Shown here piece by piece: positions 10,097-21,706 of a stretch of 64,000 nt of DNA; position 1 is the stretch's first letter, and every line of letters starts with the position of its first letter. The position numbers and the translations under genes were made by a program. The DNA lies in assembly GCA_963728405.1 (NCBI GenBank), contig CAVSJV010000002.1, forward strand, positions 96,001 through 160,000, given 5' to 3'. The notes under the pieces were generated by a model. That model ran no database searches. It saw nothing but the letters and a program-made list of their open reading frames with translations, and was not told where the DNA came from. The DNA is from Methanomassiliicoccaceae archaeon (GTDB lineage: Archaea > Thermoplasmatota > Thermoplasmata > Methanomassiliicoccales > Methanomassiliicoccaceae).

Positions 10097-11312
10097 ATGG
10101 CCGCTCCCATGAAGTTGGGCCCCTCCCCCAAGAAGTTCACAACGGACGGGCATAGGACCGTCGACCCTCAGGAAACCCTAAAACGTGTCGAGCCACTGAT
10201 GAAGGTCGCTGGCATCACCAGGGTGGCCGACATCACCGATCTGGACCGCATAGGGATCCCCGTCTTCTCGGCCATCCGCCCTTCTGCCGAGAGCGGTGCC
10301 ATCTCAGTATACAATGGAAAAGGTCTCACTAAGGAGGAGGCAAAGGTCTCAGCCATCATGGAAGGCGTGGAACGCTACTGCGCCGAGGTGAGGGGCTTCA
10401 ACATCGTTCGCAAGGGTGCCGAGGAGTTCTTGGCCTCTCATAATGCGGTCAACCCATTGGACCTGATCCTGACCCCGGCCTCGGCGTTCCACCTCTCCAG
10501 GCAGCCAGTAGGGTGGACCAAGGGCTTTGAGCTCAACATGATGGAGGACATATGGGTGCCAGCCAGCGCGGTATTCCATCCTTATGTGTCCAAGCTAGAT
10601 ATGGCCCTTTTCCGGACATCGACCAATGGTCTGGCCTCGGGAAATAACCTGGAAGAGGCGGTCTTCCATGGCCTGTGCGAGGTCATCGAGCGTGACGCCT
10701 GGTCCCTAGCCGAAGGCCGGCGCAAGATCAACGGCGACATCGAGCTTCCCGAAAGTGGCATGGTCAAAAGCTTGGTTGATAAGTTCACCTCAAAAGGCAT
10801 CGAGGTACATCTCAAGAATTTGACCTCTGATATCGGCGTATGCACTATAGCCGCTGCGGCCGACGACAGTGGTCATGCAGGACCCGGCATTGCTGACGCT
10901 GGGGATCGGCACGCATCTCAACCCCGAGGTCGCGGCGTTGAAGGCCCTCTTAGAAGTTGCGCAGAGCCGCCTCACCCAGATTCACGGTGCCAGGGAGGAT
11001 ACGGTCCGAGGGGAGCACAGCAGGAAGCTCGGGTACGAGCGCATGAAGCGCATCAACAAGCTGTGGTTGACCGAGAACGGGCCGTTGGTGAAACTAGAGG
11101 ACCTCCCCCGCGCGGACACTGATGATATCTTTGACGACCTTCAGGTCGTCCGTTCCAAGCTTAACGCCCGAGGACTGAACCGTACGGTGGTCGTCGATCT
11201 CACCCGGAAAGAGCTGGGCATCCCTGTAGTAAGGGTCATTGTGCCCGGCCTGGAGGTCTTTGCCATCGATGAGGACCGTGTCGGGCCGCGAATGATGGGA
11301 GGAATGGCCTGA
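10097..11312 (+). CDS. ycaO: YcaO McrA-glycine thioamidation protein (frameshift at ~10868)
   Basis: GITRVADITDLDRIGIPV, YNGKG, STNGLASGN, EVIERDA, EVAQSR and PVVRVIVPGLE motifs; adjacent to tfuA and mcr. Confidence 0.9.
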
Positions 11313-11317
11313 GGCCA

Positions 11318-11953
11318 GTGATCTTCCTTGGCCCCAGCCTTCCCCGGGAGGAGGCCATGGCCGTGTTGGACGCCGACTATCGTCCTCCTGTAAAAAGGGG
11401 CGACCTTGCGTCGATCCCCACAGAGGTCGAGGTCGTGGGCATTGTGGACGGCGTCCTGCTGAATGATGCGGCGGTCGGGCATCGGGAGATATTGGCACTG
11501 CTCGATAGGGGGGTGAAAGTCCTCGGGGCAGGTAGCATGGGAGCTTTGCGAGCGGCGGAATTGGCCGATTTCGGCATGGTAGGTATCGGCCGGATATTCG
11601 AGGAATATGTCTCCGGACGTGTAGAAGGCGATGACGAGGTCGTCCTATCTTATGACCCTTTCACTCTACTCCCCCTCTCCGAGCCGCTCATCAATATCCG
11701 ATTAAACCTGGAAAAAGCTAGAGAAAAGGGGGCGATCGGTCCCGAGACCGAAAAAGCCTTATTGATCGAAATGAAGACGGTATTCTACCCTCGAAGAAAC
11801 TTCTCACTGTTAATTGAAATGGCAGAGAGAATATCGGAAAAAAAAGAGGCTCAAAAATTGAAAAATTTCCTTCGAGACGAGGCCGAAGATTTCAAGCAAA
11901 AAGACGCACTTTTTTTACTAAAGGCCGTTAAACAAATCACTTGTATTTGTTAA
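11318..11953 (+). CDS. tfuA: TfuA McrA-glycine thioamidation protein
   Basis: IFLGPSL, PPVKRGDL, SMGALRAAEL and DDEV motifs. Confidence 0.92.
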   Translation: MIFLGPSLPREEAMAVLDADYRPPVKRGDLASIPTEVEVVGIVDGVLLNDAAVGHREILALLDRGVKVLGAGSMGALRAAELADFGMVGIGRIFEEYVSGRVEGDDEVVLSYDPFTLLPLSEPLINIRLNLEKAREKGAIGPETEKALLIEMKTVFYPRRNFSLLIEMAERISEKKEAQKLKNFLRDEAEDFKQKDALFLLKAVKQITCIC

Positions 11954-12020
11954 AAATTAACCAATGTTAAGAAAAATTGGAACATGCTGGCTACTTTCAA
12001 AAAATCACGATTGTTTACGC

Positions 12021-12054
12021 TGGTTGGATTATCCATCCAGCAGCATGTTTATAT
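12021..12054 (+). promoter_or_regulatory. mcr promoter: palindrome TGGTTGG-attat-CCATCCA (12021-12039) and TATA box TTTATAT (12048-12054)
   Basis: Same motif and same 8-nt spacing to the TATA box as at 569-603. Confidence 0.7.
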
Positions 12055-12196
12055 GCCCTTCTCTACTTACTAGGCTCCGCAAGGGGATTCGATTTTCATC
12101 GTAAGGGTCTAAGCTCAAGCGATGGGAATCAAGAAATATTTAGCTCGGTCGGGGGGACTCTGCCGGGTGAGGAAAAGATATCAAGGAGGTAGAAAT

Positions 12197-13516
12197 TTGG
12201 CGAAATACAAGGACAAGATAGACTTGTACGACGACCGGGGTAAGCTCATCGAGAAGGATGTACCCCTCGAGGCTATTAGCCCGTTGAACAACCCCGCCGT
12301 ACAGAAGATTGCATCCTTGGCTAAGAGGACCATCGCCGTGGACATGACCGGACTTGAGAAGTCTCTCAAGAGCGGACGTGTCGGCGGTGGCTACATCAAG
12401 GGCAAGGAGATCAACGCCGATGTCGTCGCGAACGCAGAGAAGCTCGCGAAGAGGGTCCGGGATATCCTGAAGGTCGAAAAGGATGATGACACTGATGTAA
12501 GGGTCATCATGGAAGGGAAGAGGATGATCGTCATCGTTCCCTCCGGTAGACTCGACGCCGGTGTTGAATACACCACCGGTTTCACCGCTGCAGCCGCTGC
12601 GGTCACCCAGGCCGTCATTGACGAATTCGACGTAGACATGTTCCGCGCGAACATGGTAAAGGGTGCTGTTTGGGGCAGATATCCCCAGAGTTTGAACTTC
12701 CTGGGAGCTAACCTGAAGTCCATTCTCGAAGTGCCGCAGAACAACGAAGGCGCCGGTTATGCCCTGAGAAATATCATGGCGAACCACCTGGTTGCTCTGT
12801 CGAGCAAGAATTCGATGAACGCAGCTGCTCTATCCTCGATCTTTGAGCAGACCGCTATGTTCGAGCTCGGTGACGCTGTCGGGCCGTTCGAGAGGTACCA
12901 CCTCTTGGGCCTAGCCTACCAGGGACTGAACGCGAACAACATGGTCGTTGACCTCGTAAAGGAGAATGGCAAGACCGGAACCGTCGGCACTGTCGTCGAG
13001 TCCCTGGTCTCCCGTGCCATCGAAGACAAGGTCATCAAGGTCAAGGAGAAGCTGCCGTCCGGATACAAGGTGTACACCACCAACGACTTCCCGTTGTGGA
13101 ACGCGTACGCTGCGGCCGGTATGCTTGCTGCCAACATGGTCAACATTGGTGCCGCCAGGGCTTCCCAGGCTGTTCCTGCGACCATCCTGTACTATAACGA
13201 CCTGCTCGAGCATGAGACTGGACTGCCAAGCGTTGACTTTGGGCGTGCGATGGGTGTTGCCGTCGGTATGTCTTTCTTCAGCCACTCTATCTATGGAGGC
13301 GGCGGGCCTGGTCTGTTCCACGGTAACCACGTCGTGACCAAGCACTCCAAGGGCTTTGTCATCCCGTGTATCGCCGCAGCCTGCTCTCTGGATGCCGGTA
13401 CTCAGATGTTCTCCCCGGAGAACACCTCGTCCCTCGTTAGGGATGTATTCGGCGACATTCCCGAGTTCAGGGCCCCGCTGAAGGCCGTCGGTAAGGAGGC
13501 AAAGAAGCTGAAGTAA
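12197..13516 (+). CDS. mcrB: Methyl-coenzyme M reductase subunit beta
   Basis: TTG start after GGAGGT. Contains [11 protein letters not shown] and [13 protein letters not shown]. Confidence 0.98.
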   Translation: MAKYKDKIDLYDDRGKLIEKDVPLEAISPLNNPAVQKIASLAKRTIAVDMTGLEKSLKSGRVGGGYIKGKEINADVVANAEKLAKRVRDILKVEKDDDTDVRVIMEGKRMIVIVPSGRLDAGVEYTTGFTAAAAAVTQAVIDEFDVDMFRANMVKGAVWGRYPQSLNFLGANLKSILEVPQNNEGAGYALRNIMANHLVALSSKNSMNAAALSSIFEQTAMFELGDAVGPFERYHLLGLAYQGLNANNMVVDLVKENGKTGTVGTVVESLVSRAIEDKVIKVKEKLPSGYKVYTTNDFPLWNAYAAAGMLAANMVNIGAARASQAVPATILYYNDLLEHETGLPSVDFGRAMGVAVGMSFFSHSIYGGGGPGLFHGNHVVTKHSKGFVIPCIAAACSLDAGTQMFSPENTSSLVRDVFGDIPEFRAPLKAVGKEAKKLK

Positions 13517-13532
13517 GCGGTCTGGTGGCTTG

Positions 13533-13955
13533 ATGAACAGTACTGACAAACCTGAAGCAGTTCCGTTGCCGGAGATTCTAATATTCCCTAACAGGTTGCT
13601 CAAGGCCGAAACGACCGAGACGCTCCTGAACAAGGTATATGAGGTCCCCCACGTAAGGCAGGTCAACATCGCTGGCGAAGGATTGCCGGCAGTGCTTGGC
13701 TCTGGCCCCGGTAAGGGACTTCCGAACGAGCACCCTGAACGCAGGGTAATCACAGTGAAAGGAAAGCAAGTGGAGCTGCGTCTGCTCGTGGGACGGGTGT
13801 TTGTCGAGATCGACGACATTGATCACGTGCAGCAGGCACTGGAGGACATCGAGAAAATTTGTATCGAGGTCCTTCCGTTCGGCTTCAATCTTGAAGTAGG
13901 CCGGTACTCGAAGTACAAGCCAACTGTGACCGATTACGCAAAAGGCAAGAGGTAA
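13533..13955 (+). CDS. mcrD: MCR operon protein D
   Basis: [19 protein letters not shown]...[12 protein letters not shown]; lies between mcrB and mcrG. Confidence 0.95.
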   Translation: MNSTDKPEAVPLPEILIFPNRLLKAETTETLLNKVYEVPHVRQVNIAGEGLPAVLGSGPGKGLPNEHPERRVITVKGKQVELRLLVGRVFVEIDDIDHVQQALEDIEKICIEVLPFGFNLEVGRYSKYKPTVTDYAKGKR

Positions 13956-13960
13956 TTACT

Positions 13961-14734
13961 ATGGCATACCAGAGACAATTCTATCCCGGATCGAGCCAGG
14001 TCGCCCAGAACAGGCGCCGCTACATGGACCCTTCCCAGAAGCTGAAGAAGCTCAGGGACATCTCCATGGATGACGTCGTTAGGATCATGGGCCACAGGGC
14101 TCCTGGAGAAGATTACAAGAGCATCCACCCGCCACTGGAGGAGGGCAACGAGCCGGATGACCTCATCCGCAAGTTGGTCGTCCCCATCGAGGGTGCAAAG
14201 AAGGGAGACAGAATCAGATACATCCAGTTCACCGACTCGGTGTACTTCGCTCCGATGGTACCGTACCTGAGGGCCTGGATGTACATGACCAGGATGCGCG
14301 GCTTCGACACCGGTACCCTTTCCGGCAGACAGATCATCGAAATGAGGGAGAGGGACCTCGAGAAGGTAGCGAAGGAGCTCATCGACAACGAGACCTTTGA
14401 CCCCGCAAAGACCGGTATCAGAGGCGCCACTGTGCACGGGCACGCCTGCAGGCTTGACGAGAACGGCCTGATGTTCGATGCCTGGCAGAGGTACCGCTGG
14501 AACGCCAAGAAGGGAGAGGTCGAGTACACGAAGGACCAGGTAGCTATCCCACTGGACAAGCCTATCTCTGTAGGCAAGCCACTGTCCGATGCTGACCTGA
14601 AGAAGATGACCACCATCTTCAGAGTAGATGGCGTTGACATGAGGGACGACCCTGAAGTCATGGCCTTAAACCTGAGGATCCACAGGCTCAGGACCCTATG
14701 CGGGTTCCAGTCCTACGCGGTCAAGGGGGAGTAA
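13961..14734 (+). CDS. mcrG: Methyl-coenzyme M reductase subunit gamma
   Basis: [17 protein letters not shown] and [16 protein letters not shown] motifs. Confidence 0.98.
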   Translation: MAYQRQFYPGSSQVAQNRRRYMDPSQKLKKLRDISMDDVVRIMGHRAPGEDYKSIHPPLEEGNEPDDLIRKLVVPIEGAKKGDRIRYIQFTDSVYFAPMVPYLRAWMYMTRMRGFDTGTLSGRQIIEMRERDLEKVAKELIDNETFDPAKTGIRGATVHGHACRLDENGLMFDAWQRYRWNAKKGEVEYTKDQVAIPLDKPISVGKPLSDADLKKMTTIFRVDGVDMRDDPEVMALNLRIHRLRTLCGFQSYAVKGE

Positions 14735-14737
14735 ACA

Positions 14738-16402
14738 ATGGCAAAGGAAAAGGACAAGTTGTTCTTGGACGCAATGAAGAAGAAGTTCAAGGAGGCCCCG
14801 ACTGAGGTCAACACTCACTACTACACCTTTGGTGGCTGGAAGCAGTCCAAGAGGAAGAGAGAGTGGGTTGAGCAGGCCAACAAGATCGCCAAGGCCCGTG
14901 GCATCCCGATGATGAACCAGGACATTGGTGTTCCTCTCGGCCAGCGTGTCTTGATGCCCTACCAGCTGTCTCACACCGACATCTACGCTGAGGCTGATGA
15001 CCTGCACTTCGTCAACAACGCCGCTATGCAGCAGGCGTGGGATGATATCCGCAGGACCGTCATCTCTGGTCTGGACACCGCTCACCAGGTTATCGAGAAG
15101 AGGCTGGGCAAGGAAGTTACTCCTGAGACCATCAACCACTACCTCGAGACCGTGAACCACGCTATGCCCGGTGGCGCAGTCGTGCAGGAGCACATGGCCG
15201 AGTGCAGCCCCGCCCTAACCGCGGACTGCTATGTGAAGGTCTTCTCCGGCGATGACGAGCTCATCAGCCAGATCGACAAGCGCTTCGTGATCGACATCAA
15301 CAAGGAGTTCCCGAAGGACCAGGCCAAGCAGCTGAAGGACGCTATTGGCAAGTCCCTGTGGCAGAAGGTCGCGTGCCCGACCATCGTCGGCCGTGTCTGC
15401 GACGGCGGTACTATGTCCCGGTGGAGCGCCATGCAGATCTCGATGTCGTTCATCAGCGCGTACCGGCTAGCTGCCGGTGAGGCCGCCATCGCGGACTTCG
15501 CCTTCGCTGCCAAGCACGCGTCGGTCGTAGAGATGGGTACCATGATGCCCGCCAGGCGTGCACGTGGCCCCAACGAGCCCGGTGGAATTCCATTCGGGTT
15601 CCTGGCCGATATGGTCCAGTCCTACCGTACCCACCCTGACGACCCTGGCAGGGCTGCCCTGGAAACCGTCGCTCTCGGCGCGGTCATCCTGGACCAGATC
15701 TACCTCGGGTCGTACATGTCCGGCGGTGTCGGATTCACCCAGTACGCTACTGCGGCCTACACCGACGACATCCTGGAAGACTACACCTACTGGGCCCTTG
15801 ACCTGATCAAGACCAAGTATGGTGGGCTGTGCAAGAGCAAGCCTTCCATGGAACTGATGGACAAGCTCGGAACTGAGGTCAACTCCTATGCGCTGGAAAT
15901 GTATGAGAGGTACCCGTCTGCGATGGAAGCCCACTTCGGTGGCTCCCAGCGTGCGACCGTTGCCGCCGCCGCCACTGGTATCGCTTGCGCGATGGCCACT
16001 GGTAACGCCGACTTCGGTGTCAACGGCTGGTATCTGTCAATGATGCAGCACAAGGAAAGGCACGGCCGCCTAGGCTTCTACGGGTACGACCTGCAGGACC
16101 AATGCGGTGCAGCCAACTCGTTCTCCTACAGGAGCGACGAGGGCCTGCCCTTCGAGCTCAGGGGCCCGAACTACCCCAACTACGCCATGAACGTCGGTCA
16201 CCTGTCCGGATACGCCGGCATAGCGGCAGCCTCTCACGCGGCCCGCGGCGACGCTTTCGCCTGCAGCCCGCTGATCAAGGTCGCCTTCGCCGACAAGAAC
16301 ATGCCGTTCGACTTCGGAAACATCACGAAGGAGTTCGGCCGTGGCGCCCTCAGGGAGTTCATGCCTGCTGGCGAAAGGTCCGTAATCATCCCCGCTCAGT
16401 GA
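14738..16402 (+). CDS. mcrA: Methyl-coenzyme M reductase subunit alpha
   Basis: [53 protein letters not shown] and NYAMNVGH motifs. Confidence 0.99.
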   Translation: MAKEKDKLFLDAMKKKFKEAPTEVNTHYYTFGGWKQSKRKREWVEQANKIAKARGIPMMNQDIGVPLGQRVLMPYQLSHTDIYAEADDLHFVNNAAMQQAWDDIRRTVISGLDTAHQVIEKRLGKEVTPETINHYLETVNHAMPGGAVVQEHMAECSPALTADCYVKVFSGDDELISQIDKRFVIDINKEFPKDQAKQLKDAIGKSLWQKVACPTIVGRVCDGGTMSRWSAMQISMSFISAYRLAAGEAAIADFAFAAKHASVVEMGTMMPARRARGPNEPGGIPFGFLADMVQSYRTHPDDPGRAALETVALGAVILDQIYLGSYMSGGVGFTQYATAAYTDDILEDYTYWALDLIKTKYGGLCKSKPSMELMDKLGTEVNSYALEMYERYPSAMEAHFGGSQRATVAAAATGIACAMATGNADFGVNGWYLSMMQHKERHGRLGFYGYDLQDQCGAANSFSYRSDEGLPFELRGPNYPNYAMNVGHLSGYAGIAAASHAARGDAFACSPLIKVAFADKNMPFDFGNITKEFGRGALREFMPAGERSVIIPAQ

Positions 16403-16406
16403 GCCC

Positions 16407-16685
16407 ATGATCGTCGGTGACATCGTAAAGTACAGAAACACCGGGACGGTAGGAAAGATAGTGGAAATCATGGAAGAAGGAAAGGTGGTCTGGGCACTCC
16501 TGGACACCTCAAACCTCTTCTATGATTCGACCGCTCTCGATCTGGCCAATCCGGACGAGTACCACGGTGCCGCCGAACGTGAAAAGGGCTTGAGGGACCA
16601 ACTGGAGGACATCAACCGTCTCCGCGAGGAAATGGCGGAGATGGCCGAAAAAGCCTCCAAGATAACTCCCTCAGGCGCGGGTTAG
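16407..16685 (+). CDS. Small methanogen protein, DUF2098-like
   Basis: VGDIVKYRNTGTVGKI...WALLD pattern; directly after mcrA. Confidence 0.7.
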   Translation: MIVGDIVKYRNTGTVGKIVEIMEEGKVVWALLDTSNLFYDSTALDLANPDEYHGAAEREKGLRDQLEDINRLREEMAEMAEKASKITPSGAG

Positions 16686-16851
16686 GACCTTCGGGCTAAC
16701 TAACAAACCCCTTCCCTTCACATTTTTCTAGATTCTTTGAGGGGCGGAGCCATCGCACTAAGGGGCCATGGCTGAAACATGTTGTCTATGAAATTAGAAT
16801 AGAGTGTAATTTATTATTTGCTTTTTTATTAATCCGCTCTCGAGAATAAAC

Positions 16852-17492
16852 ATGGATGAGGGTCAGCGAACTGAAGGTAATGGGGGCAAGGGAAAGGGGA
16901 GAACCATCATCTCGATCATCGCCGTCGTGGCCGTAGTGGCCATAATACATGACCGCGGTCATTCTTTCCGGCCTGAACAGCACAGCGGGATCGAATGATA
17001 AAGACAGGCTGATAACCAAAGCGAACGCGGACCTGGTCATCGGCCTCAATGATCTGTCTCCGGGGTGGGTGGTCGATATCACCTACAGGCCGGATACCGA
17101 TGTGCACGAAGATAATGTCACAGCAGGCGTCGCCAGGTACAACCACACCACCTCCACCGACCCCCTCATGATGGAGTTCGTCACCATACAGATTTATCGG
17201 GTCAACACAACAGAGAATGCCACTGATGTGTTCGCTCAGATCTTCGCGAACGCTGGTTGGCACATGTGGCAGGCCGTGCCCCTTACCACCGTCGGGAACT
17301 GTCAGTGTCGGTGACGAAGGAGTCCTCTGCAGCGGCAATTGGACCGGCAGCCACGCCGCGATCAAGACCCTGGTGTTCAGGGAGAACAACGTCATTGTGC
17401 TCATGGTCTACGAGGCCACTGAGAACATGAACCTGTCCGACGAGGCCGTGATCGAGCTGGCTACTAAGCAGGACGCCAAACTATTGAGCTGA
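16852..17492 (+). CDS. Hypothetical membrane-anchored or secreted protein (frameshifts at ~16948 and ~17300)
   Basis: Reconstructed N-terminus MDEG...KGRTIISIIAVVAVVAII-MTAVIL is hydrophobic. Three segments join via single-base insertions. Confidence 0.5.
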
Positions 17493-17578
17493 ACGACGAG
17501 GGGGTGGCTATGGCCACCCTGCCTTCTCTTATCAAGTTCTCGGCGTTGTCAGATATACCTTCGCCCGGTGAGATATGC

Positions 17579-18136
17579 TCAGCAGATTTTCTCATCGGCG
17601 TCAAAGCCGATGAGTATCGATGCCAGCTTGGGGTCGTCCTCGAAACCATGCATCTCGCGGAGCATCATATCGGCCGGAGCGGAAGGAGAGCATGAGACAA
17701 CGTTCTTCATCCCCATCTCGGTGACCTCGGGGAACGATACTGGAGGCATGACAAAGAATTCCCGCTCTTTGCCCTTCCTTTCAGGATACATGACGAACTC
17801 CTCGGACAGCCAGATGATCTCTTCCTTGTTGGTGGCGAGGAACTCCTTCATCCGGTTGGGCAAGACCTCTTCTCCCAGGACGATACCGTCATCGGAGAGG
17901 AGCATGACTGTGGGCTCGGGCGGGGGCCGAAAGCTCGCTTTCTTGATGATGCAAACTACATACTTGCGTTCGAGGCACTTCTCCACGCCCATATTGATGA
18001 CAGGGATCCCGAGTGTTGCCTTGATGTCCTTCTCGATGTCCACTATCTTGGAACGGCAGGAATCGCTGAGAGGAAAGACATGTATCGTGCCCTTCATCTC
18101 CTTGAGCCTGGCAACCACGTCGCTCATCTTAGCCAT
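17579..18136 (-). CDS. Uncharacterized protein, paralog of 22312-22878
   Basis: Clean 185-aa ORF with colinear similarity to the 22312 ORF. Confidence 0.75.
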   Translation of the reverse strand: MAKMSDVVARLKEMKGTIHVFPLSDSCRSKIVDIEKDIKATLGIPVINMGVEKCLERKYVVCIIKKASFRPPPEPTVMLLSDDGIVLGEEVLPNRMKEFLATNKEEIIWLSEEFVMYPERKGKEREFFVMPPVSFPEVTEMGMKNVVSCSPSAPADMMLREMHGFEDDPKLASILIGFDADEKIC

Positions 18137-18257
18137 ATATGCGTGGTGAGAGCATAAGTTGTAATAAATCTAACCACCGTCCGCAAGAACGAAGTACCAG
18201 AAAGTACGGCCCAAAAGAGAGCTAGGATTTTATATCGCTTCAGCCGGTGCCCCCGAC

Positions 18258-18560
18258 ATGAGCCTTTCCCTGATCGCCAAGCAGCAGCCCCAAGCTATAA
18301 CAAAGCTATACAAGCTGAAGCATGAGGTCTTCCAGGACGGGGCCCTGACGTCCAAAGAAAAGGAGATCATCGCCGTATCCCTGTCCTGCGTGCTCAAATG
18401 CGAGACTTGTCTGGAAACTCATGTCAAGTCAGCCAAGGACCTCGGTGCGACAAGGGACGAGCTTAGAGAGGCCATGCTTGTGGCGATGTACCTGGCCGGT
18501 CCGACCGCGTTAGTGTGGAGCCCCAAGATCGATGAGGCTCTGGCCGATGACCTTGAATGA
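18258..18560 (+). CDS. Carboxymuconolactone decarboxylase/AhpD family protein
   Basis: DGALTSKEKEIIAV...KCETCLETH...GAT.DEL.EA. Confidence 0.88.
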   Translation: MSLSLIAKQQPQAITKLYKLKHEVFQDGALTSKEKEIIAVSLSCVLKCETCLETHVKSAKDLGATRDELREAMLVAMYLAGPTALVWSPKIDEALADDLE

Positions 18561-18574
18561 CGAAGGTCACCCGT

Positions 18575-18916
18575 TCAGCAATCGAAGTCAAATTTAACGC
18601 TTCTCTTCAGTCCGAACCCCGCGGCGGCCTCGGCCGACTTGATCAGGGCCGAAGGAATGGGACATGCGGAATGAGCCAGAACCTTGCCGCAGGCCTCGTA
18701 GACCGGATTGGCGGAGAACGGCATTTTGAGCGCGTCGAATGGGCTGAGATCGTCCGTCAGTTCGTCCCTGAGCTTCTTGACATGAGGGCAATCGGAGGAG
18801 ATGTCGAAGTGGATGGAGCCATCAACGTAGGTGGCGGTTATCCTGGTCCGAAACCTGCAGACGCCGGGGTCCACAGTTAAGCATACCTGTCCGGAACCTT
18901 CATTGACCGAGGACAT
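18575..18916 (-). CDS. Cys-rich hypothetical protein (DUF6951-like)
   Basis: VDPGVC.F, ISSDCPHV and HSACPIPSALIK..E motifs. Confidence 0.6.
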   Translation of the reverse strand: MSSVNEGSGQVCLTVDPGVCRFRTRITATYVDGSIHFDISSDCPHVKKLRDELTDDLSPFDALKMPFSANPVYEACGKVLAHSACPIPSALIKSAEAAAGFGLKRSVKFDFDC

Positions 18917-18981
18917 GGAGGGGCAATGCGGCATGGCGCTTCTTAACTCTTTCTGATTTCCGTTCAGGGTTCTCCAGGCAC

Positions 18982-19959
18982 CTAGTAGCCGGTCTGGTCC
19001 TTTCTAGTGCGGGAGATCATCTCGAACATACCGCCTTTAGTGATGTCCACGATGCCGAACACGGCCACCGCCTCCTTCTTTCTGATGATCGGTACGACCA
19101 CCACTGGTACGCCACGATACGGTCCGGAAGGTGATATCTTCCTGATCACCATGCTTTTCTTCAGCGATTCCTCGAGGACCGGGCCCGTGTAGTTGGTGTC
19201 TAACACCTCGCCATCCTCGCACCTGACCCCGTAGTTGTTCTTGCTTCGCATAGTGACCGGGAGTCTTCCGACCAGTTCGTGGACTGCCAGCGCAAGGCAC
19301 TTTAGGTCCTCGGCCTCGGTGTCAGGGCTTATTAGGCCCGATGGAGAGCCCTCCTTCCAGCAGGGTTTGGACTGATCGCTCAGAGAGAGGCCAGCTGTGA
19401 CCGCCCCTTTCTCGGCGACCTCGTATGAGTTCGCCGTCCCGATGATCACCACATCGTTCTCCTCGATGGAGAAGGCCGAGCGGATGGGTGCCAACCTGAC
19501 CTGGTCCGGTTCGGCCTTGTCGCCGGGAAAGAAGAGCTTGCCGTTCTTGGCTATAAGGGTGGTCGCCCCGACCGCCCCGGCCCGAACAGCCTCGTCCCTT
19601 TGCTCATAGCCCGTCCCGATCCGGTCGGCCATTCCTTTGACCAGGACCGCACAATCCTGAGTGGATATCGTAAGGCCTTCGATCTTTACAGGGGCGGCGG
19701 TGATGCCAGAAGTACGGAACTGTTTGATTCCCCGGTCGGTGAGCACGGCGCCCAGCTTAGTGTTCTCCACCGAACCCTCTCGGATCATCTTATCCAGGAT
19801 GGTTCGGGTGCTTCCTTCGCCGATCCCCAATGTCTGGGACAGGGCCTTGCGGCCTATCGGTCCCTTTTCATTGATGATGTCGTAGGTCTTCCAAACGTGG
19901 AACAAGGAGAACTTGGGGGTAGGCCCCCCTCCAGAATAGGCCTGGAACTTAAGAACCAT
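18982..19959 (-). CDS. Putative transcription factor: winged-HTH + DUF4443-like + DUF2111-like domains
   Basis: GPIGRKALSQTLGIGEGSTRTIL wHTH; QRDEAVRAGAVGATT; C-terminal LPVTMRS...YTGPVLEE...GPYRGVPVVV...GIVD. Confidence 0.75.
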   Translation of the reverse strand: MVLKFQAYSGGGPTPKFSLFHVWKTYDIINEKGPIGRKALSQTLGIGEGSTRTILDKMIREGSVENTKLGAVLTDRGIKQFRTSGITAAPVKIEGLTISTQDCAVLVKGMADRIGTGYEQRDEAVRAGAVGATTLIAKNGKLFFPGDKAEPDQVRLAPIRSAFSIEENDVVIIGTANSYEVAEKGAVTAGLSLSDQSKPCWKEGSPSGLISPDTEAEDLKCLALAVHELVGRLPVTMRSKNNYGVRCEDGEVLDTNYTGPVLEESLKKSMVIRKISPSGPYRGVPVVVVPIIRKKEAVAVFGIVDITKGGMFEMISRTRKDQTGY

Positions 19960-19968
19960 CTAGGGGGT

Positions 19969-19999
19969 TGGATGGTCTATCCATCCTATATCCTTTTCG
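19969..19999 (-). promoter_or_regulatory. Palindrome TGGATGG-tctat-CCATCCT (19969-19987) abutting the BRE/TATA-like element of the wHTH gene
   Basis: Minus strand reads CGAAAA-GGATATAG, then the palindrome, then ATG 19959. Confidence 0.65.
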
Positions 20000-20080
20000 C
20001 CAAGTTCCACACATGGCCTATATGGTGTCGTATATAATGGGGGAAGACTATATACTGTTAATAAAGGATGTCGGGATGTT

Positions 20081-21706
20081 ATGACTGAGTCATCGGATGC
20101 ATTCGTAATTATTCTCAATGTCAGTAAAAAATTCGGCGGCTCTTACGCTCTAAGGGATGTGAGCGCCACCATCAGGTCCGGAGAGATACTCGGGCTCATA
20201 GGACGTAGTGGTGCGGGCAAGTCTGTTCTCATCAATATGTTGAGGGGAACCCCTGATTACCGGCCCGACTCTGGCAAGGTCATTTATCGATTCAATTCCT
20301 GCAATGCCTGTGGATGGGTCGAACTCCCCTTCGAGGGAAAGAGATGCGGCAAGTGCGGCCGGGACATGAAAATAAAGGAGGTCGACTTTTGGGCCCTTGA
20401 CGATGAGGACCCCCTCAAGACCCAGATACGGCGGCGCATTGCCATCATGCTGCAGAGGACCTTCGCCCTGTTCGGAGACATGACGGTCATCGAGAACGTA
20501 TTCGAGGCATTGGGCGAGCACATGCCTGAGAAGCAAAAGGTCGACCGGGCGTTGGAATTGCTAAGGATGGTCAAATTGGACCATCGTATCACTCACATCG
20601 CCAGGGACCTGTCGGGCGGAGAGAAACAGAGATGTGTCCTGGCACGACAACTGGCCAAGGATCCCATATTGTTCCTGGCCGACGAACCTACCGGAACTCT
20701 AGATCCTCAGACGGCCGACATCGTGCACCAGGTGCTTATCGATTCGGTGAAGAAGAGTGGCATGGCCATGGTCGTGACCTCACACTGGCCTAAGGCCATC
20801 AACACCATGGCCGATCGGGCGGTGTGGCTGGAATCGGGCGAGATGATGAAGATCGGGAAGCCTGTTGATGTCACCACCGAGTTCATGGTGGGTTTCGACC
20901 CTAGGACCGAGGACCATGTCGATATAGGTCAACCGCTAGTAAAGATCGAGGACGTCAAGCGTTACTATTATTCTTACACGAGGGGTGTAGTGAAGGCCGT
21001 CGATGGCGTTTCCATCGAGGTTGGGGAGAAAGAGATAGTAGGTCTGGTCGGGCTGTCCGGCGCGGGTAAGACGACAATCTCGCGTATGATCGCTGGGATA
21101 TGCGAACCATCCGATGGCAAGATATCGGTGCGCATTGGCGACGATTGGGTCAACATGGCCGAGCCAGGCCCGGAAGGGAAAGGGCGAGCGACCCAGTATA
21201 TCGGGATCCTGCATCAGGAGTTCTCCCTATACCCGTTCGATACTATATTGCAAAACCTAACTGTGTGCATCGGGATGAACCTTCCAGCAGAGCTGGCTAA
21301 AATGAAGGTCATCCAGGTGCTCCTAGGGGTCGGCTTTACTCGCCAGGAGGTGGAGCGCATCCTTTACGCTTATCCGGATAATCTGTCAGTGGGGGAGAAA
21401 CAGCGGGTGGCCCTCGCCCAGGTGCTTATACGGGAGCCGCGGATTGTCATTCTGGACGAGCCGACAGGTACCATGGACCCCATTACTAAGTTGTCGGTAG
21501 CGAAGTCCGTTCTCCATGCCCGAAAGGAGCTGGGAGAGACCTTCCTCATAGTATCGCATGACATGGACTTCGTCATCAATTGCTGCGACCGCGCCGCTAT
21601 AATGAAGGACGGCAAGGTCGTCGCGATGGGAGATCCTAAGGGCATCGTCGGACACCTGACCGAAAAGGAATCGGAGATCATGTTGCGAGGCGGTGCGGAG
21701 CAGTGA
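20081..21706 (+). CDS. atwA: MCR activation component A2 (ABC-type ATPase)
   Basis: Two ABC ATPase domains ([16 protein letters not shown]), a CxxC...CxxC zinc insert and [13 protein letters not shown]. Confidence 0.95.
   Translation: MTESSDAFVIILNVSKKFGGSYALRDVSATIRSGEILGLIGRSGAGKSVLINMLRGTPDYRPDSGKVIYRFNSCNACGWVELPFEGKRCGKCGRDMKIKEVDFWALDDEDPLKTQIRRRIAIMLQRTFALFGDMTVIENVFEALGEHMPEKQKVDRALELLRMVKLDHRITHIARDLSGGEKQRCVLARQLAKDPILFLADEPTGTLDPQTADIVHQVLIDSVKKSGMAMVVTSHWPKAINTMADRAVWLESGEMMKIGKPVDVTTEFMVGFDPRTEDHVDIGQPLVKIEDVKRYYYSYTRGVVKAVDGVSIEVGEKEIVGLVGLSGAGKTTISRMIAGICEPSDGKISVRIGDDWVNMAEPGPEGKGRATQYIGILHQEFSLYPFDTILQNLTVCIGMNLPAELAKMKVIQVLLGVGFTRQEVERILYAYPDNLSVGEKQRVALAQVLIREPRIVILDEPTGTMDPITKLSVAKSVLHARKELGETFLIVSHDMDFVINCCDRAAIMKDGKVVAMGDPKGIVGHLTEKESEIMLRGGAEQ

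Noticed and set aside
12140-16507. Long antisense and alternate-frame ORFs over mcr and other genes
   Set aside because: These are shadow ORFs caused by GC-rich codon bias, with no recognisable motifs.
21161-21185. SRP RNA helix-8-like string CCAGGCCCGGAAGGGA
   Set aside because: It lies inside the atwA coding frame and lacks the rest of the 7S structure.
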